Part shown: piece after piece, positions 31,616 to 42,098 of the stretch | How the letters are laid out: each line of letters opens with the position of its first letter | Position numbering within the stretch: position 1 is the first letter of the stretch | Source: a virus | Taxonomy: Duplodnaviria > Caudoviricetes | Reading direction: 5' to 3' (one strand) | Length of the DNA stretch: 64,000 nucleotides | IMG/VR virus record: IMGVR_UViG_3300021387_001774 | Location: 32,001 to 96,000 of that record | Notes under the pieces: model-generated | The model's input: only the letters and a program-made list of their open reading frames with translations | Told to the model about the DNA's origin: nothing | Database searches by the model: none | Made by a program: the position numbers and the translations under genes

Positions 31616-32239
31616 TTATTTTGTATCAACTTTATAATAAATCAATCTATTTGGTCCTTTATATCTACCAATTTGATTTCTATCTGGATCATATATTAAT
31701 TCCCCAATAGCATTAAATAAAACAAAATGGTGTCCACCATAAGTTGGATTACTATTAGTTAACATATCAACAATAATAAAATATGAATATCCTTTACCTG
31801 GTAATCTAGGAGAAGTAAATTTATCCATATTCCAATCTTCTCCACCACCACGTAAATGTTTTGCAGCGTATTGATAAACTCTATGTTTTGTATCACCCAA
31901 TAAATCTAAAGCACATTGGGCTATTTGATCTGGACCATTTACTACACAATTATATTCTAGTGCTTGTACACCTTTGTAATTCTTTAAAGATTGAGATCGT
32001 TTATATACCTCTAGTATATGTTGTTGAGTAAACAATTTACCAGCTACAAATTGACATATAGCTAATAAGCATGTAAAGTTACAACCAAATCTATGTATAT
32101 TTGTAGCAGGATCTCTTTCACCAGCAGCACCTTGAATTCTAGGGAAATCACATTGGTGGACTATTTTATCTATCATTTCTTCACTAGGAAATCTATATGG
32201 TGCTTCATCTGCTCTCGATGGAACAATCGTTTTAGACAT
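31616..32239 (-). CDS. DUF261-like papain-fold Cys-His-Asp hydrolase (candidate peptidoglycan peptidase)
   Basis: IHRFGCNFTCL...NCVVNGP...HHFVL...IYDP resembles Borrelia/Treponema DUF261 (IQ..GCYF.CL..NC.I.NP..HF...YD). Confidence 0.55.
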   Translation of the reverse strand: MSKTIVPSRADEAPYRFPSEEMIDKIVHQCDFPRIQGAAGERDPATNIHRFGCNFTCLLAICQFVAGKLFTQQHILEVYKRSQSLKNYKGVQALEYNCVVNGPDQIAQCALDLLGDTKHRVYQYAAKHLRGGGEDWNMDKFTSPRLPGKGYSYFIIVDMLTNSNPTYGGHHFVLFNAIGELIYDPDRNQIGRYKGPNRLIYYKVDTK

Positions 32240-32311
32240 ACTACCTCCACATTATATAAGATTATTATAAATAAAATAGTAGAGAGTCTTTAAGACTCTC
32301 TACTTTATTTT

Positions 32312-35300
32312 TTAATAACTTATTTCGTTAATCATACTACTTAATCTATCAGATAAACCACTTCTACCAGAAGAAGAAGCTATAGCAGACATCATTTGTA
32401 ATGCTGCTTTAAAGAATTCTTCAGCTACACCATGATAACGTAAGTTTTCTTTATGCATTTCTTCCAGAATATTTAGTCTATCTACAATAGCTTTACCGTA
32501 ATCACCAGTAAAACTTTCTACAATAGATTTTTTATTTTTTGTAGTAGATTTATTTTTACTTGTATTATTAAACTGTTCATTCTTAAGACCTGTAGATGAT
32601 TCAGTATTTGTATCATCAGCTCCACCATTTTCAACAGTGTTTATAGGTACTTTCTTACCATCTTTTCTTACATAGAATTTACCACTATTAGATTTGTGAG
32701 CTTCAGCTCCACCATTTCCACTAGTATGTAAATTCATGCTAGCAGCAACATCAGAAGGCATTCCATGTCCAGTTTCAACTGTAGTTTCACTATAGTAATT
32801 AGGATCACCATGTAAGTTAACAGCTTGAATAGCAGCTTGAGCTTCTTCCATAGCAGATCTAGCATTGTTGTTATCGTTTATACTATATTTAGCAAATATC
32901 TTAGACATCCATTCTTTTGCTTTAACAGAACCAGATTTAATAAAACTACTACCAGCACTTGTTAATGTTTGAAGTTTACCAACAGCAGCTGAACCAAATG
33001 ATGAAACTGCACTATAAGCACTACTAAAACCACTCTTTACAGCACCTATACCTTTGTTAAAAGTATTCTTTGCAGTGTTCAATGTACTCATGAAACCTTC
33101 TTTACCTCTTTGTAAAGCAGATTTATCAGAAAGTTCTTTACCTGCACTCTTACCAGTATATTTGGAAAATTCTTCTGGTGTAGTCTTATTTGTCAACCAA
33201 GCAAGTTTATTTTCAACTACCCATTTCTTAGCAGCAACAAGATATTGCGCACGGAATCGTTGTTGTAGTTCATATGCTGTTTCTTCTTTCATACCTTCAG
33301 CTTCTTCTGATTCTTCACTACTCTTAATTTCTGCTTCTTTCTTCTCTTCGTTTTCTTCATCTCCATCATCAGGATCTGTAGGATCAAAGAGGATCATTTC
33401 TTCCATATCTTTAAGTTTAACATTCATAGATTCTGCAATTTTAGTACGCAAATCATACAAAGGTTTAAATTTATTTTCTTTCCAGTATTTAAATATACCT
33501 ACATATTTAAATCCAAGAATTCTAGAATCGTGATCATCATTTGATTCCATAGCACCAAATGTTAATTTATTACCTAACCAACGTCCAAATCTAAATATTT
33601 TAGCTTTAGCCTTTTCACCAAATGTATCACCAGCAGCTCTATTTTCAAAGTTAATAAGAGCATCTGGATCACTAACACCATAAACTTTAGCACGTTCGAG
33701 GTTATATTCTCTGTATTTGTTTATAGCATCTTGAGCAGCCTTATTACCAATCTTTTCATACAACCATACAGCAATATTTGGTTTACCAAGTTTTGCACAG
33801 ATTATAGAAGGAATACCGAACAAAGCAGCATCAAGACAATTAGCAAGACCGGAACAAAGTCTCATACCTATGTTAATAGGTACACCACTTTCTATCTTAA
33901 AGTACTCTTTAGCCTTTACAAGACCTTTGACAAATCCTTTAAGAATTCCAGCTCCCCAAATTGCCCAACCAGCTACAGGTACACTTACAAATGCAAGTTT
34001 AGTAGCTAATACTGAAGAAAATTTTTGGATAGAACCGAGCAATTCACTCTTTAATTGTTGTATATTTCTACCAAGCATTTTCTTAATAGCACCAATATCT
34101 GTCAACTTATCTATAATCTTTTTAAGAACATCTATTCCTTTCTTATATAATTCTTTACCCTTATTTAGTAATTCTTTACCTTTATTTACAACTGATTTAA
34201 CACCACTCTTTATTGCTTGTCCAGCTTTAGAAATACCATCACCAACATTTTTAAAGAATTGTTTAGTATCATTCCATCTATTTTTTGCCCAATCACCTAT
34301 AGCATTTCCAGCATTTTTTAATCCGCTACCAATTGCTTTTAGAGCTGTTCTACCAGCTTGTGCAATTTTTGGTCCTAGAACCTTTGCTCCAACAGCTAAA
34401 GCTGCACCAATAGGACCACCTAGAGCAAAACCTACACCTGCAGCAATAATATTTCCTTTATTCTTTTTAATGTTATCGCCTAATCTACCAAGAGCACCCT
34501 TAGTAGAAACTGCTTTACCAGCACTCTTACCAGTTTTCTTTTTAAACATTTCTGGAGAACATCTACAAGACAACCAAGCAAGTTTATTATCTAATACCCA
34601 AGCTCTAGCTGCTTCAAGATATTTTACACGGAAATCTTGTTGAATTTCTATTTTACGTTGTGCTTCTGCTGCTTCTGATTCTTCATCATCTACTTTTCCA
34701 TCGCCGTCTTCATCTTTAACATCTTCACCTTCAGCGTCAAATTTAACCATTTCGTCCATATCTGACAAATCAAGATTCAATTCATTTGCCATTTTTTGAC
34801 GAAGTTCTGTCAATGGTTTAAACTTATTTTCTTTCCAGTATTTAAAGATTTCAACATATTTGAATCCGAGAGTTTTGGCATCTTTTTCATCATTATTCAT
34901 CATCATTCCGCCCGTTAGTTTATTACCTATCCAACGAGCAGCTTTATTAATTCCATTCTTTATTGCACCACCGATACCTTCATTTGCGGCTCTAGCTTCA
35001 AATGCTGCGAGAGCATCTCCACTTTCGACACCGAAAATGATTCCACGTTTTTCGTTATATTGTCTATATCTTTCTAGTGCAGCCTTTTTAGCTTTACTAC
35101 CAACAAATTCATACAACCATACAGCTACGTTAGGTTTCTTAAGAAGTCCACAAACTATAGAAGGAATTCCGAATAATGCCGCATCAAGACAATTAGCAAA
35201 ACCTGAACACAGCTTCATACCAATATCTGGTTTAGCACCATTTCCAAGTTTAAAATAGTCTTTACATTTTATAAGACCCTTCATAAATCCTGCAACAACT

Positions 35301-38300
35301 TGTGCACCCCAAATTGCCCAACCAATAACTGGAGCAGAAACTGTTGCTAGTTTAGCACCAAGATTTGGAGCAAATTTACTTACAGCGCCAACAACTACTT
35401 TCTTTAAAACACCAGAAACACCGTCTTTCAATAATTTTTTAATTGGTCCAAGGTTAAGAATCTTATCAAATAACTTCTTGAAAAGACCTAAACCACCTTT
35501 AGCTACTTTTAGACCAACTTTACCACCAAGTTTAGCAGCAGATAATGCTAAACCTCCAGCTCCACCAGCTGCTCCAGCAACGCCTCCAAGAATACCACCT
35601 ACACCAGGGATCTTAGAAAGTCCGTTAGCAAGATTCTTTACCAAACCTATTTTACTTAGAGGACCAGAACCTTGTGGAACCAATTTACCAGCAGAACTAA
35701 GAAGATCCTTTACTTTACCTGTGGCTCTACCTATTGCTTGACCAGCTCTAGTATTTTTAAGACCAGTTTTATTAATGAACCCTTGAATTGTATTAAGAAC
35801 ACCTTCACCGTTTTTAGATTCAGATTGGAAAGCAGCTTTTTCATTAGAATCGGCCATATCTTTCTTAGTTTCTTTATCTAATCCGATACCATCTTTCTTC
35901 ATTGATTCCAATGCGTCAGCGGTACGTTTCATGTGTTCTTCCATCTTTTCTTCTCTAGATTCTTTTTTTGCATCTTCTTTAGCCTGTTTTTGTTCTTCTG
36001 CTGAATCACCTTTTACTAAACTATCTCTTTCATTTTTCTTAAACTTCTTTCTTATCTTTTCTACTATAGATTCACCATCTTTTGGTACAAGGAATGAACC
36101 ACCTAATAAACCAGTTGTAGATCCACTACGTATAACAGCATCATCAATAGCTCCTTTAGCTTTACCGAATAATCCACCAATAGCTGCACCAACTTTACTA
36201 TTACCAAGGAATCCTTTGATAGTCTTGCCTATATTTTTAGCTTTATTTTTAAGATTTGTACCATAATTACTTATATATTCACCAAGACCTGTCTTATATT
36301 TTTCAAGACCTTCTACTTTAAGACCCTGAAGATATTTAGCTTTTGCTAATCCAGAAGGAATATGAGAAAGAAGTGGTAAGAATCCATTATCTTTAGCAAT
36401 TTGTAAAATCTCATCACCAAGTTTTGTAGAACCATCAATAGAAGTTACTTCGTAAAGATCTGGAGGAAGAAGTTTCTTTGGATCAGAATCATCACCAAAT
36501 AATTTCTTCTTCATTTTATCATAAATACTTTTACCAAAATCTTTAGCTTTATTTATAACAGTATCTTTTAAGTTAGAACCAGATAAATTGGATCCATTCT
36601 TGACTTTTTCTCTAAACTTCTCTAATTCTGGTTTAAATGGTGCTAACCATTTTTTAGCATCTTCATCATCTCTATTTAAAAGTTTTTCATATTCTTGAAT
36701 CATTTTTAATGTATTAGTAGTTGAATCTTTTGATTCTTTACTTATTTCGTTGATCTTTTGTGTTAATTCATTAATTACTGATCCATTAGTCATAGCATAT
36801 TGAACTAAAGCTTCTTTAAAAGAATATTGGACACCGTCTATTGTAGCTTTAGAATTAAAAAATCCCATCATAGCTTTAGCATTTCCAAATCCTTTTAAAA
36901 TATTAGCAGCTTTGTCTTTTAGTTTTCCTAATACTTTAGAACCAAGTTTCTTTACTTTATTTGTAACAAGTGATGATAATGAACCATCTGCAGCATTATA
37001 GTCTTTAACCTTCTCTTCGTATTTTATTAAAGAAGGTACAAATGGTTTCAAACTATCATATACATGTGATTTCGATATCAAATATCTTATCTTTAATTCT
37101 GGTTTCTCAAATTTATTTAACTTAGCATGGAAATCTGGATCTGTAATAGATGCTATAGCTTCACCAAGATTTTTGAATTCTCCTTCTTGACCTTTTTCTG
37201 GTTTTAATTTCATCAATCCATTATCAAGATTCTTTTTAACTTCATTCATCAAATCTTTATTTACGAATTCGCTTACTGAAGTTTTAGCCTTTTCTTTAGT
37301 TTCATTTATAGAATTCTTAACAACTGTTCCAAGTTTTGATTTACCATCTAATATTTTTTTAGTTTGTTTAGCAAAGTTTGTTAAACTTCCAACAAAAGGT
37401 TGAAGAGCTTCATATCCTGGTTTAGATGACTTATTCAACAAATAACTGATTTTAGAATTCATGTTAAGTGTTGGATGATTAACTGTATTTTGGAACGTTG
37501 GATCTGTAATAGATGCTATAGCTTGACCTAAGTTTTTAAATTCGGTTGTGTTCGACTTATCAGGTTTTAAACGCTTAAGTCTAACATCGAGAGTTTTATT
37601 TACAGCATCTCCGATCACTTTATTATTTCCTATAAATGCATCAGCATTCGCAGTAGCCTTATTTATTGCTGTCTTACCTTTATTTTTTATTTCAGATGAT
37701 AATTCTTTAACATATCCTTTTGGATTTTTCTTAAATTTTTCGAGTTCTTCTTTAGAAGCATTAATTTTTTCTGTAACCTGTTTTTTAATATTTCCAGGTA
37801 AAGCAGCCAATTCTTTTTTAGTATCTTGTCCAATATCTTCACCATACAATGGAGCAAGTAAAGCATTACCAATCGAAGCTTTAGTATTTTGTATTTTATC
37901 AAACATTGGAGCAAGTTTATTTAAACCTGGAATTTTCTTTAAGAACTCTGATGCAAATATTCCACCAGTACTATTTCCAAAACCAGTAGAAAATTTATCT
38001 TCTCTATTTATTTTATTGAAATATGCTTGTTTTTCAGTAGTTTTAACATAAACTTCACCATTCTCAACATCTTCTAATTTTGGTGTATATGGATGTTCTA
38101 GATCTCTTGCATTATAGAAGCTTCCAGTAAATTTACGTTTACCATTAGCATCTGTTTCCATAAGCTTATCATAATCATACTTTGATATCTTAGTGAATTG
38201 TTCAAGTTTACGTTCTTTTTGTTCAAATTCGATTTTTTTACCATAGTTAGTACCAATTTTTTCCCTCATAGCTTTCATCATATTTTCTCTTTCTTTAGAG

Positions 38301-40747
38301 GGTTTTTTAATATAAACGTCGATACCACTAAGCAACAAGTTATAAATATTTTGAACTAAACCATGTGTAGAAGAATCTTCCAAACTACTCATTCGGAACT
38401 TTTCAAAATCACTTCCAGACACTTTCATAAAGGAATCTTCCATGTTTTTAAAGTTGGAAGCATTTATATCACCAACGTTTTGATGTGTTTCACGCATCAA
38501 ACGATTCTTCTCACGTTCTAGTTGTTCTTTTTGCTCAATTTTCTTTTTAAGCATCCCTTTATCAACGAGTGATGCTTGACCATCTTTTGCTCGTCCGATA
38601 GCTTTATCTATGTTTGCTATTTGTTGATCGATATCTTTTAATCTAGATTCTGCATTTTTATTTGCCAATTTATTAGAATAAATAGTGGAGTCATGACCCA
38701 TAGAAATTTCTTCTTCTAGACTCATATTGTTTTCAGTCATTCTGGACCTATATGCTTGAGCTTGAATGAAGAAATTACGCATCGTTTCTTTTACTTTTTC
38801 ATCTTTAGTAGCAGCTTTTTTCCAAGCCATAAATGTTTGATAGAACATCATTGATGCATAATATCTTTCTATCGATCCTGGAGAGCAATTGTAATATTTG
38901 AATAAGTCCTCAGTATTTGGACCGTCTTCTATATCGCCACCTTTTCTTGTACAACAAGCGCTTCGTAACATATCGTCATCAAAATTGTTTCCAGCTTCCA
39001 TCCAGCTTTTAATCATTTCATCGATATGTTTTTTAACATTCTCTTTTATTTTAGAAACATCTTCGCCTATACCACTTCTAACACTCAGTTTCTTTAAAAT
39101 ATCGTCGCCATTTATATCTATTAAATTATTTATACTATCTCTATAATCATCAATTCCTCTAGTGTATTCCAATACAGATTTCTGACTTTCATCTATTTTA
39201 CTTTCTATAGATCTCATCTTGACAAATTTATTAGCATTATAATCAAATACTTCTTCTTCAGTATGATTTACGCCAGCAGAAATCTTTCTAAGATATGCAG
39301 GAATTATTTCAGTTAAAACTTTATGTGCTTTATTATCAAATGGATGAACTTTATTTGGATCACCCATTTTAAATCTATCTGAAGTATAATGAATACTCTC
39401 TTCTACATACGCATTTTCACCAAATTTTCTTGCTAATCCTGGTACCTTTTTACCTGCCCAATTTGCTGCTTTCTTTAGGAAACCAGGTACATTTTTTCCA
39501 TTAGCTATATTGCTAAATAATTGCTCAAGATCTCCAGTTTCGCCTTTTCCCCATTTGCCTAATTTAGCATTTAATATAGCAGGTAAACCAGCTACACCAA
39601 CATTGAAACTATCTATTTTATTTAATGTACTACCTTGTAATGAACCTTTTACTATAGCATCAAGTATAGCTCCACCAGCCATCTGCTTGATTAGTGTTGA
39701 TTTTTTCATACCCATATCTGAGAATGAATTCAATGTTTCACTAATCATTTCTATAGTATTTCCTATACCACCAAAAGCATTTCCTTTAACATTTTCTTTA
39801 TAATGTTTAAGCCATGCTCCAAGATCCATTCCACCACCACCAACAATGGATTTCCATTTTGATTTTTTTGTGGAATTATCTTTTTCTTCTGGTTTAGTCA
39901 ATACCCATTGAGCATCACGGATTTCTTTTATCATAGCTGCTAAGTCTTGAGTAAATGCTAAAGACTTAGTAGAATATTCCATTTGTGCTTTTATAGACAA
40001 GTTATTTTGTTTAACAGTAGTAGCAATATTATGGGCTATATTTTTCAAGACTTTCATCTTTTGGATGTGTCTTTCTTGATCTATTTGTAATTGTTTAGCA
40101 AATAAAGCTGTTTCATGTTGAATATGTGATTGGGTACTACCAATAGTTGCTGCGATTTGTTTGTTTGAAGCACGGAGAGTAGCTCTAGCGCTAGCTGCGC
40201 TAGATTTTATAACTGCATCGCTAGTTGATAATCTACCTTTCTTCTTGGAGGAAGTTTCATTTCCAGTATCATCCCAAGAATCATTACCAAAGTCATCATC
40301 ACCACCAAAATCAAAATTAAAGTCATCGTCTCCACCAAGATCACCGAACATGTCTCCCATGTCCATTTCTTCATCTTCAGTTTTGACAAAATAACCCGTT
40401 TTGATGGCTTCTTTAGCATCTTTCGCTATATCTTTAGCAACATCTTTTGATTCAGTTATAAAGTTCTTTGCATTATTCTTATAACGTTCTACTTCTTTTT
40501 TTATACTAAATTTATTACCGCTATCATCTTCAAAACGAGATTCTTCAGCTAATGAAAATACTTCTGGATATAAAGTTTTATTAACCTTTACAGTAAGATT
40601 AAAAGCTGATTTAACAACATTTTTAAGATAACCTTTTACTCCTTTTGGAGGTTTACTATCTCTACCATTTTTAGCAGAAGGATCCAATGGAAATAGCTCG
40701 TCTCCAGGATCAAACGCTAAATCGTCGTCTTTTCCTTTTTTTGCCAT
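32312..40747 (-). CDS. Tape-measure-like giant helical tail protein (2811 aa)
   Basis: Lys/Gly/Ala-rich helical composition, hydrophobic GFALGGPIGAALAVG segments, internal duplications, late-type promoter at 40769-40780. Confidence 0.65.
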   Translation of the reverse strand: MAKKGKDDDLAFDPGDELFPLDPSAKNGRDSKPPKGVKGYLKNVVKSAFNLTVKVNKTLYPEVFSLAEESRFEDDSGNKFSIKKEVERYKNNAKNFITESKDVAKDIAKDAKEAIKTGYFVKTEDEEMDMGDMFGDLGGDDDFNFDFGGDDDFGNDSWDDTGNETSSKKKGRLSTSDAVIKSSAASARATLRASNKQIAATIGSTQSHIQHETALFAKQLQIDQERHIQKMKVLKNIAHNIATTVKQNNLSIKAQMEYSTKSLAFTQDLAAMIKEIRDAQWVLTKPEEKDNSTKKSKWKSIVGGGGMDLGAWLKHYKENVKGNAFGGIGNTIEMISETLNSFSDMGMKKSTLIKQMAGGAILDAIVKGSLQGSTLNKIDSFNVGVAGLPAILNAKLGKWGKGETGDLEQLFSNIANGKNVPGFLKKAANWAGKKVPGLARKFGENAYVEESIHYTSDRFKMGDPNKVHPFDNKAHKVLTEIIPAYLRKISAGVNHTEEEVFDYNANKFVKMRSIESKIDESQKSVLEYTRGIDDYRDSINNLIDINGDDILKKLSVRSGIGEDVSKIKENVKKHIDEMIKSWMEAGNNFDDDMLRSACCTRKGGDIEDGPNTEDLFKYYNCSPGSIERYYASMMFYQTFMAWKKAATKDEKVKETMRNFFIQAQAYRSRMTENNMSLEEEISMGHDSTIYSNKLANKNAESRLKDIDQQIANIDKAIGRAKDGQASLVDKGMLKKKIEQKEQLEREKNRLMRETHQNVGDINASNFKNMEDSFMKVSGSDFEKFRMSSLEDSSTHGLVQNIYNLLLSGIDVYIKKPSKERENMMKAMREKIGTNYGKKIEFEQKERKLEQFTKISKYDYDKLMETDANGKRKFTGSFYNARDLEHPYTPKLEDVENGEVYVKTTEKQAYFNKINREDKFSTGFGNSTGGIFASEFLKKIPGLNKLAPMFDKIQNTKASIGNALLAPLYGEDIGQDTKKELAALPGNIKKQVTEKINASKEELEKFKKNPKGYVKELSSEIKNKGKTAINKATANADAFIGNNKVIGDAVNKTLDVRLKRLKPDKSNTTEFKNLGQAIASITDPTFQNTVNHPTLNMNSKISYLLNKSSKPGYEALQPFVGSLTNFAKQTKKILDGKSKLGTVVKNSINETKEKAKTSVSEFVNKDLMNEVKKNLDNGLMKLKPEKGQEGEFKNLGEAIASITDPDFHAKLNKFEKPELKIRYLISKSHVYDSLKPFVPSLIKYEEKVKDYNAADGSLSSLVTNKVKKLGSKVLGKLKDKAANILKGFGNAKAMMGFFNSKATIDGVQYSFKEALVQYAMTNGSVINELTQKINEISKESKDSTTNTLKMIQEYEKLLNRDDEDAKKWLAPFKPELEKFREKVKNGSNLSGSNLKDTVINKAKDFGKSIYDKMKKKLFGDDSDPKKLLPPDLYEVTSIDGSTKLGDEILQIAKDNGFLPLLSHIPSGLAKAKYLQGLKVEGLEKYKTGLGEYISNYGTNLKNKAKNIGKTIKGFLGNSKVGAAIGGLFGKAKGAIDDAVIRSGSTTGLLGGSFLVPKDGESIVEKIRKKFKKNERDSLVKGDSAEEQKQAKEDAKKESREEKMEEHMKRTADALESMKKDGIGLDKETKKDMADSNEKAAFQSESKNGEGVLNTIQGFINKTGLKNTRAGQAIGRATGKVKDLLSSAGKLVPQGSGPLSKIGLVKNLANGLSKIPGVGGILGGVAGAAGGAGGLALSAAKLGGKVGLKVAKGGLGLFKKLFDKILNLGPIKKLLKDGVSGVLKKVVVGAVSKFAPNLGAKLATVSAPVIGWAIWGAQVVAGFMKGLIKCKDYFKLGNGAKPDIGMKLCSGFANCLDAALFGIPSIVCGLLKKPNVAVWLYEFVGSKAKKAALERYRQYNEKRGIIFGVESGDALAAFEARAANEGIGGAIKNGINKAARWIGNKLTGGMMMNNDEKDAKTLGFKYVEIFKYWKENKFKPLTELRQKMANELNLDLSDMDEMVKFDAEGEDVKDEDGDGKVDDEESEAAEAQRKIEIQQDFRVKYLEAARAWVLDNKLAWLSCRCSPEMFKKKTGKSAGKAVSTKGALGRLGDNIKKNKGNIIAAGVGFALGGPIGAALAVGAKVLGPKIAQAGRTALKAIGSGLKNAGNAIGDWAKNRWNDTKQFFKNVGDGISKAGQAIKSGVKSVVNKGKELLNKGKELYKKGIDVLKKIIDKLTDIGAIKKMLGRNIQQLKSELLGSIQKFSSVLATKLAFVSVPVAGWAIWGAGILKGFVKGLVKAKEYFKIESGVPINIGMRLCSGLANCLDAALFGIPSIICAKLGKPNIAVWLYEKIGNKAAQDAINKYREYNLERAKVYGVSDPDALINFENRAAGDTFGEKAKAKIFRFGRWLGNKLTFGAMESNDDHDSRILGFKYVGIFKYWKENKFKPLYDLRTKIAESMNVKLKDMEEMILFDPTDPDDGDEENEEKKEAEIKSSEESEEAEGMKEETAYELQQRFRAQYLVAAKKWVVENKLAWLTNKTTPEEFSKYTGKSAGKELSDKSALQRGKEGFMSTLNTAKNTFNKGIGAVKSGFSSAYSAVSSFGSAAVGKLQTLTSAGSSFIKSGSVKAKEWMSKIFAKYSINDNNNARSAMEEAQAAIQAVNLHGDPNYYSETTVETGHGMPSDVAASMNLHTSGNGGAEAHKSNSGKFYVRKDGKKVPINTVENGGADDTNTESSTGLKNEQFNNTSKNKSTTKNKKSIVESFTGDYGKAIVDRLNILEEMHKENLRYHGVAEEFFKAALQMMSAIASSSGRSGLSDRLSSMINEISY

Positions 40748-40829
40748 AAAACTACCCTATTAATAGTATATTTCATTGTCGTTTTTCGTTATTTAACAAT
40801 TCTATATATTTATAAAAGGTTTTTAAAAA

Positions 40830-41021
40830 ATGAAAAAAATATTTATAAAATTTCTAATTTCTTTTAGACATTTATTCTTTAAAAGAGTTAGATGTTCAGA
40901 TTATGAAATGTATATAATCAATTATGATAAGAATAAAAAAGAATTCTTTAATCAAATTGATGATACATTAAACAAATTAGAAAAATCTCATAATGGTTCA
41001 TCAAATATAATAATTTGGTAA
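40830..41021 (+). CDS. Small hypothetical protein
   Basis: AAGG RBS, late-type promoter at 40795-40806. Confidence 0.45.
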   Translation: MKKIFIKFLISFRHLFFKRVRCSDYEMYIINYDKNKKEFFNQIDDTLNKLEKSHNGSSNIIIW

Positions 41022-41056
41022 TTTGTTATGTGATTAAAATATTTTAAAGGAGTTAA

Positions 41057-41401
41057 ATGATGAAAAAACTTTTTACTTTCCTTGCTTCTATTTTTACTAA
41101 TCTTTTTTCTAAAAAAGATGACAAGACGATTAAAATCGTAAATGTTATCAAAGAAGATAAAAAGGAAGATGTAAAAGTAGAATCTAAAGAAGAAACACCT
41201 AAAAAGGTTTCTATCGAAAAAATCGTCGATAGTCTTGATAAAATTCAGGATTCAAACGACGATCTTTTTACTAACATTGGTCTTTTGGTAGCTGAGATAG
41301 ATGATGTTTATAAGGCACCATCTAAAGAAGATAGAGAAAAACAAAAGGCTGAATGTTATCGTACATTGGATTATATCAAAGATCAATTGACAAAGATGTA
41401 A
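41057..41401 (+). CDS. Small protein with N-terminal amphipathic helix
   Basis: AAGGAG RBS; terminator at 41409-41435. Confidence 0.65.
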   Translation: MMKKLFTFLASIFTNLFSKKDDKTIKIVNVIKEDKKEDVKVESKEETPKKVSIEKIVDSLDKIQDSNDDLFTNIGLLVAEIDDVYKAPSKEDREKQKAECYRTLDYIKDQLTKM

Positions 41402-41437
41402 TTTAATTAAAGGTAGGACTCTTGTCCTACCTTTATA

Positions 41438-41603
41438 TTTATAACTACTGTTTAACTCAACTATTTAATTATATATTATATTAATGAAGTAACCTGTATA
41501 GGTGAAACATAATAATTATAAGAGGGATAATAAGAGAAATAAAACCCCACCTCAGTGAAGAGGTCTACTGATAAAAAGGGATACAAACACAAGGGAAGAA
41601 ACT
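41438..41603 (+). promoter_or_regulatory. Early promoter plus long structured leader, type 1 (copy A)
   Basis: Shares a 15-bp upstream box, the promoter and an identical 53-bp block (41503-41555 = 58056-58108) with copy B. Confidence 0.8.
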
Positions 41604-41987
41604 ATGGGAAAGTTTAACGATTTTATGCAGAAGTGTGACGACCTCAGAGTAAAAGAAAACAAAGAAAGAGAGCTTGAGAGGGCTCTCGAGAGATCAAAAG
41701 ATATATCCCGTTTAAAGGATATTTTTGATCCAAGTTATTGGGCGGATATGAGATGGGGATCATTTGACCTCATCCATATTCGCTGCAATACGGCGGAAAT
41801 GGTGAACGATTTCGAAAGAATCGTTGAAAAATTAACTGGCAGGAAAATCATGACAACGGAGCTCTGCAATGTATTTAAAAATACGTGTGGAGATCGTACA
41901 TTGTCAGTAGAGATCAAAACATCTTGTCGAGACATCGATAAGATTTTTGAAAGCATTTTGGAGTTTATCGATTTATATAAACTCTAA
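41604..41987 (+). CDS. Hypothetical cargo protein of type-1 cassette A
   Basis: 127 aa, somewhat GC-richer than background, flanked by conserved elements. Confidence 0.7.
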   Translation: MGKFNDFMQKCDDLRVKENKERELERALERSKDISRLKDIFDPSYWADMRWGSFDLIHIRCNTAEMVNDFERIVEKLTGRKIMTTELCNVFKNTCGDRTLSVEIKTSCRDIDKIFESILEFIDLYKL

Positions 41988-41998
41988 TTAACACCCGC

Positions 41999-42056
41999 AA
42001 AACAGAAAAACTCGAAAAGGTTTTTCTGTACCAGCTCTCCTCTGGTTTCTTTTTTT
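41999..42056 (+). terminator. Conserved 3' double-hairpin terminator of type-1 cassette (copy A)
   Basis: acagaaaaac..gtttttctgt + accag..ctggt + T-run; homologous to 58462-58519. Confidence 0.7.
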
Positions 42057-42098
42057 GTTTTTAATAAAATAGCAGGATTAATATCCTGCTATTTTTTT

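Noticed and set aside
33136-35490. Diversity-generating retroelement TR/VR pair
   Set aside because: Both copies are in frame within one gene, differences are not adenine-restricted, and there is no reverse transcriptase in the window
33054-40394. Many 60-257 aa plus-strand ORFs opposite the 2811-aa gene
   Set aside because: Antisense shadows caused by codon bias; no RBS or promoter and unnatural composition. The same applies to short antisense ORFs within nrdD, tube, sheath and the other giant genes.
41486-41580. Hammerhead ribozyme in the type-1 leader (UGAAG..stem..GAAAC; GAAGA-GG..CC-GAAA in copy B)
   Set aside because: The required CUGANGA core is absent and the GAAA is not conserved in both copies at the needed position
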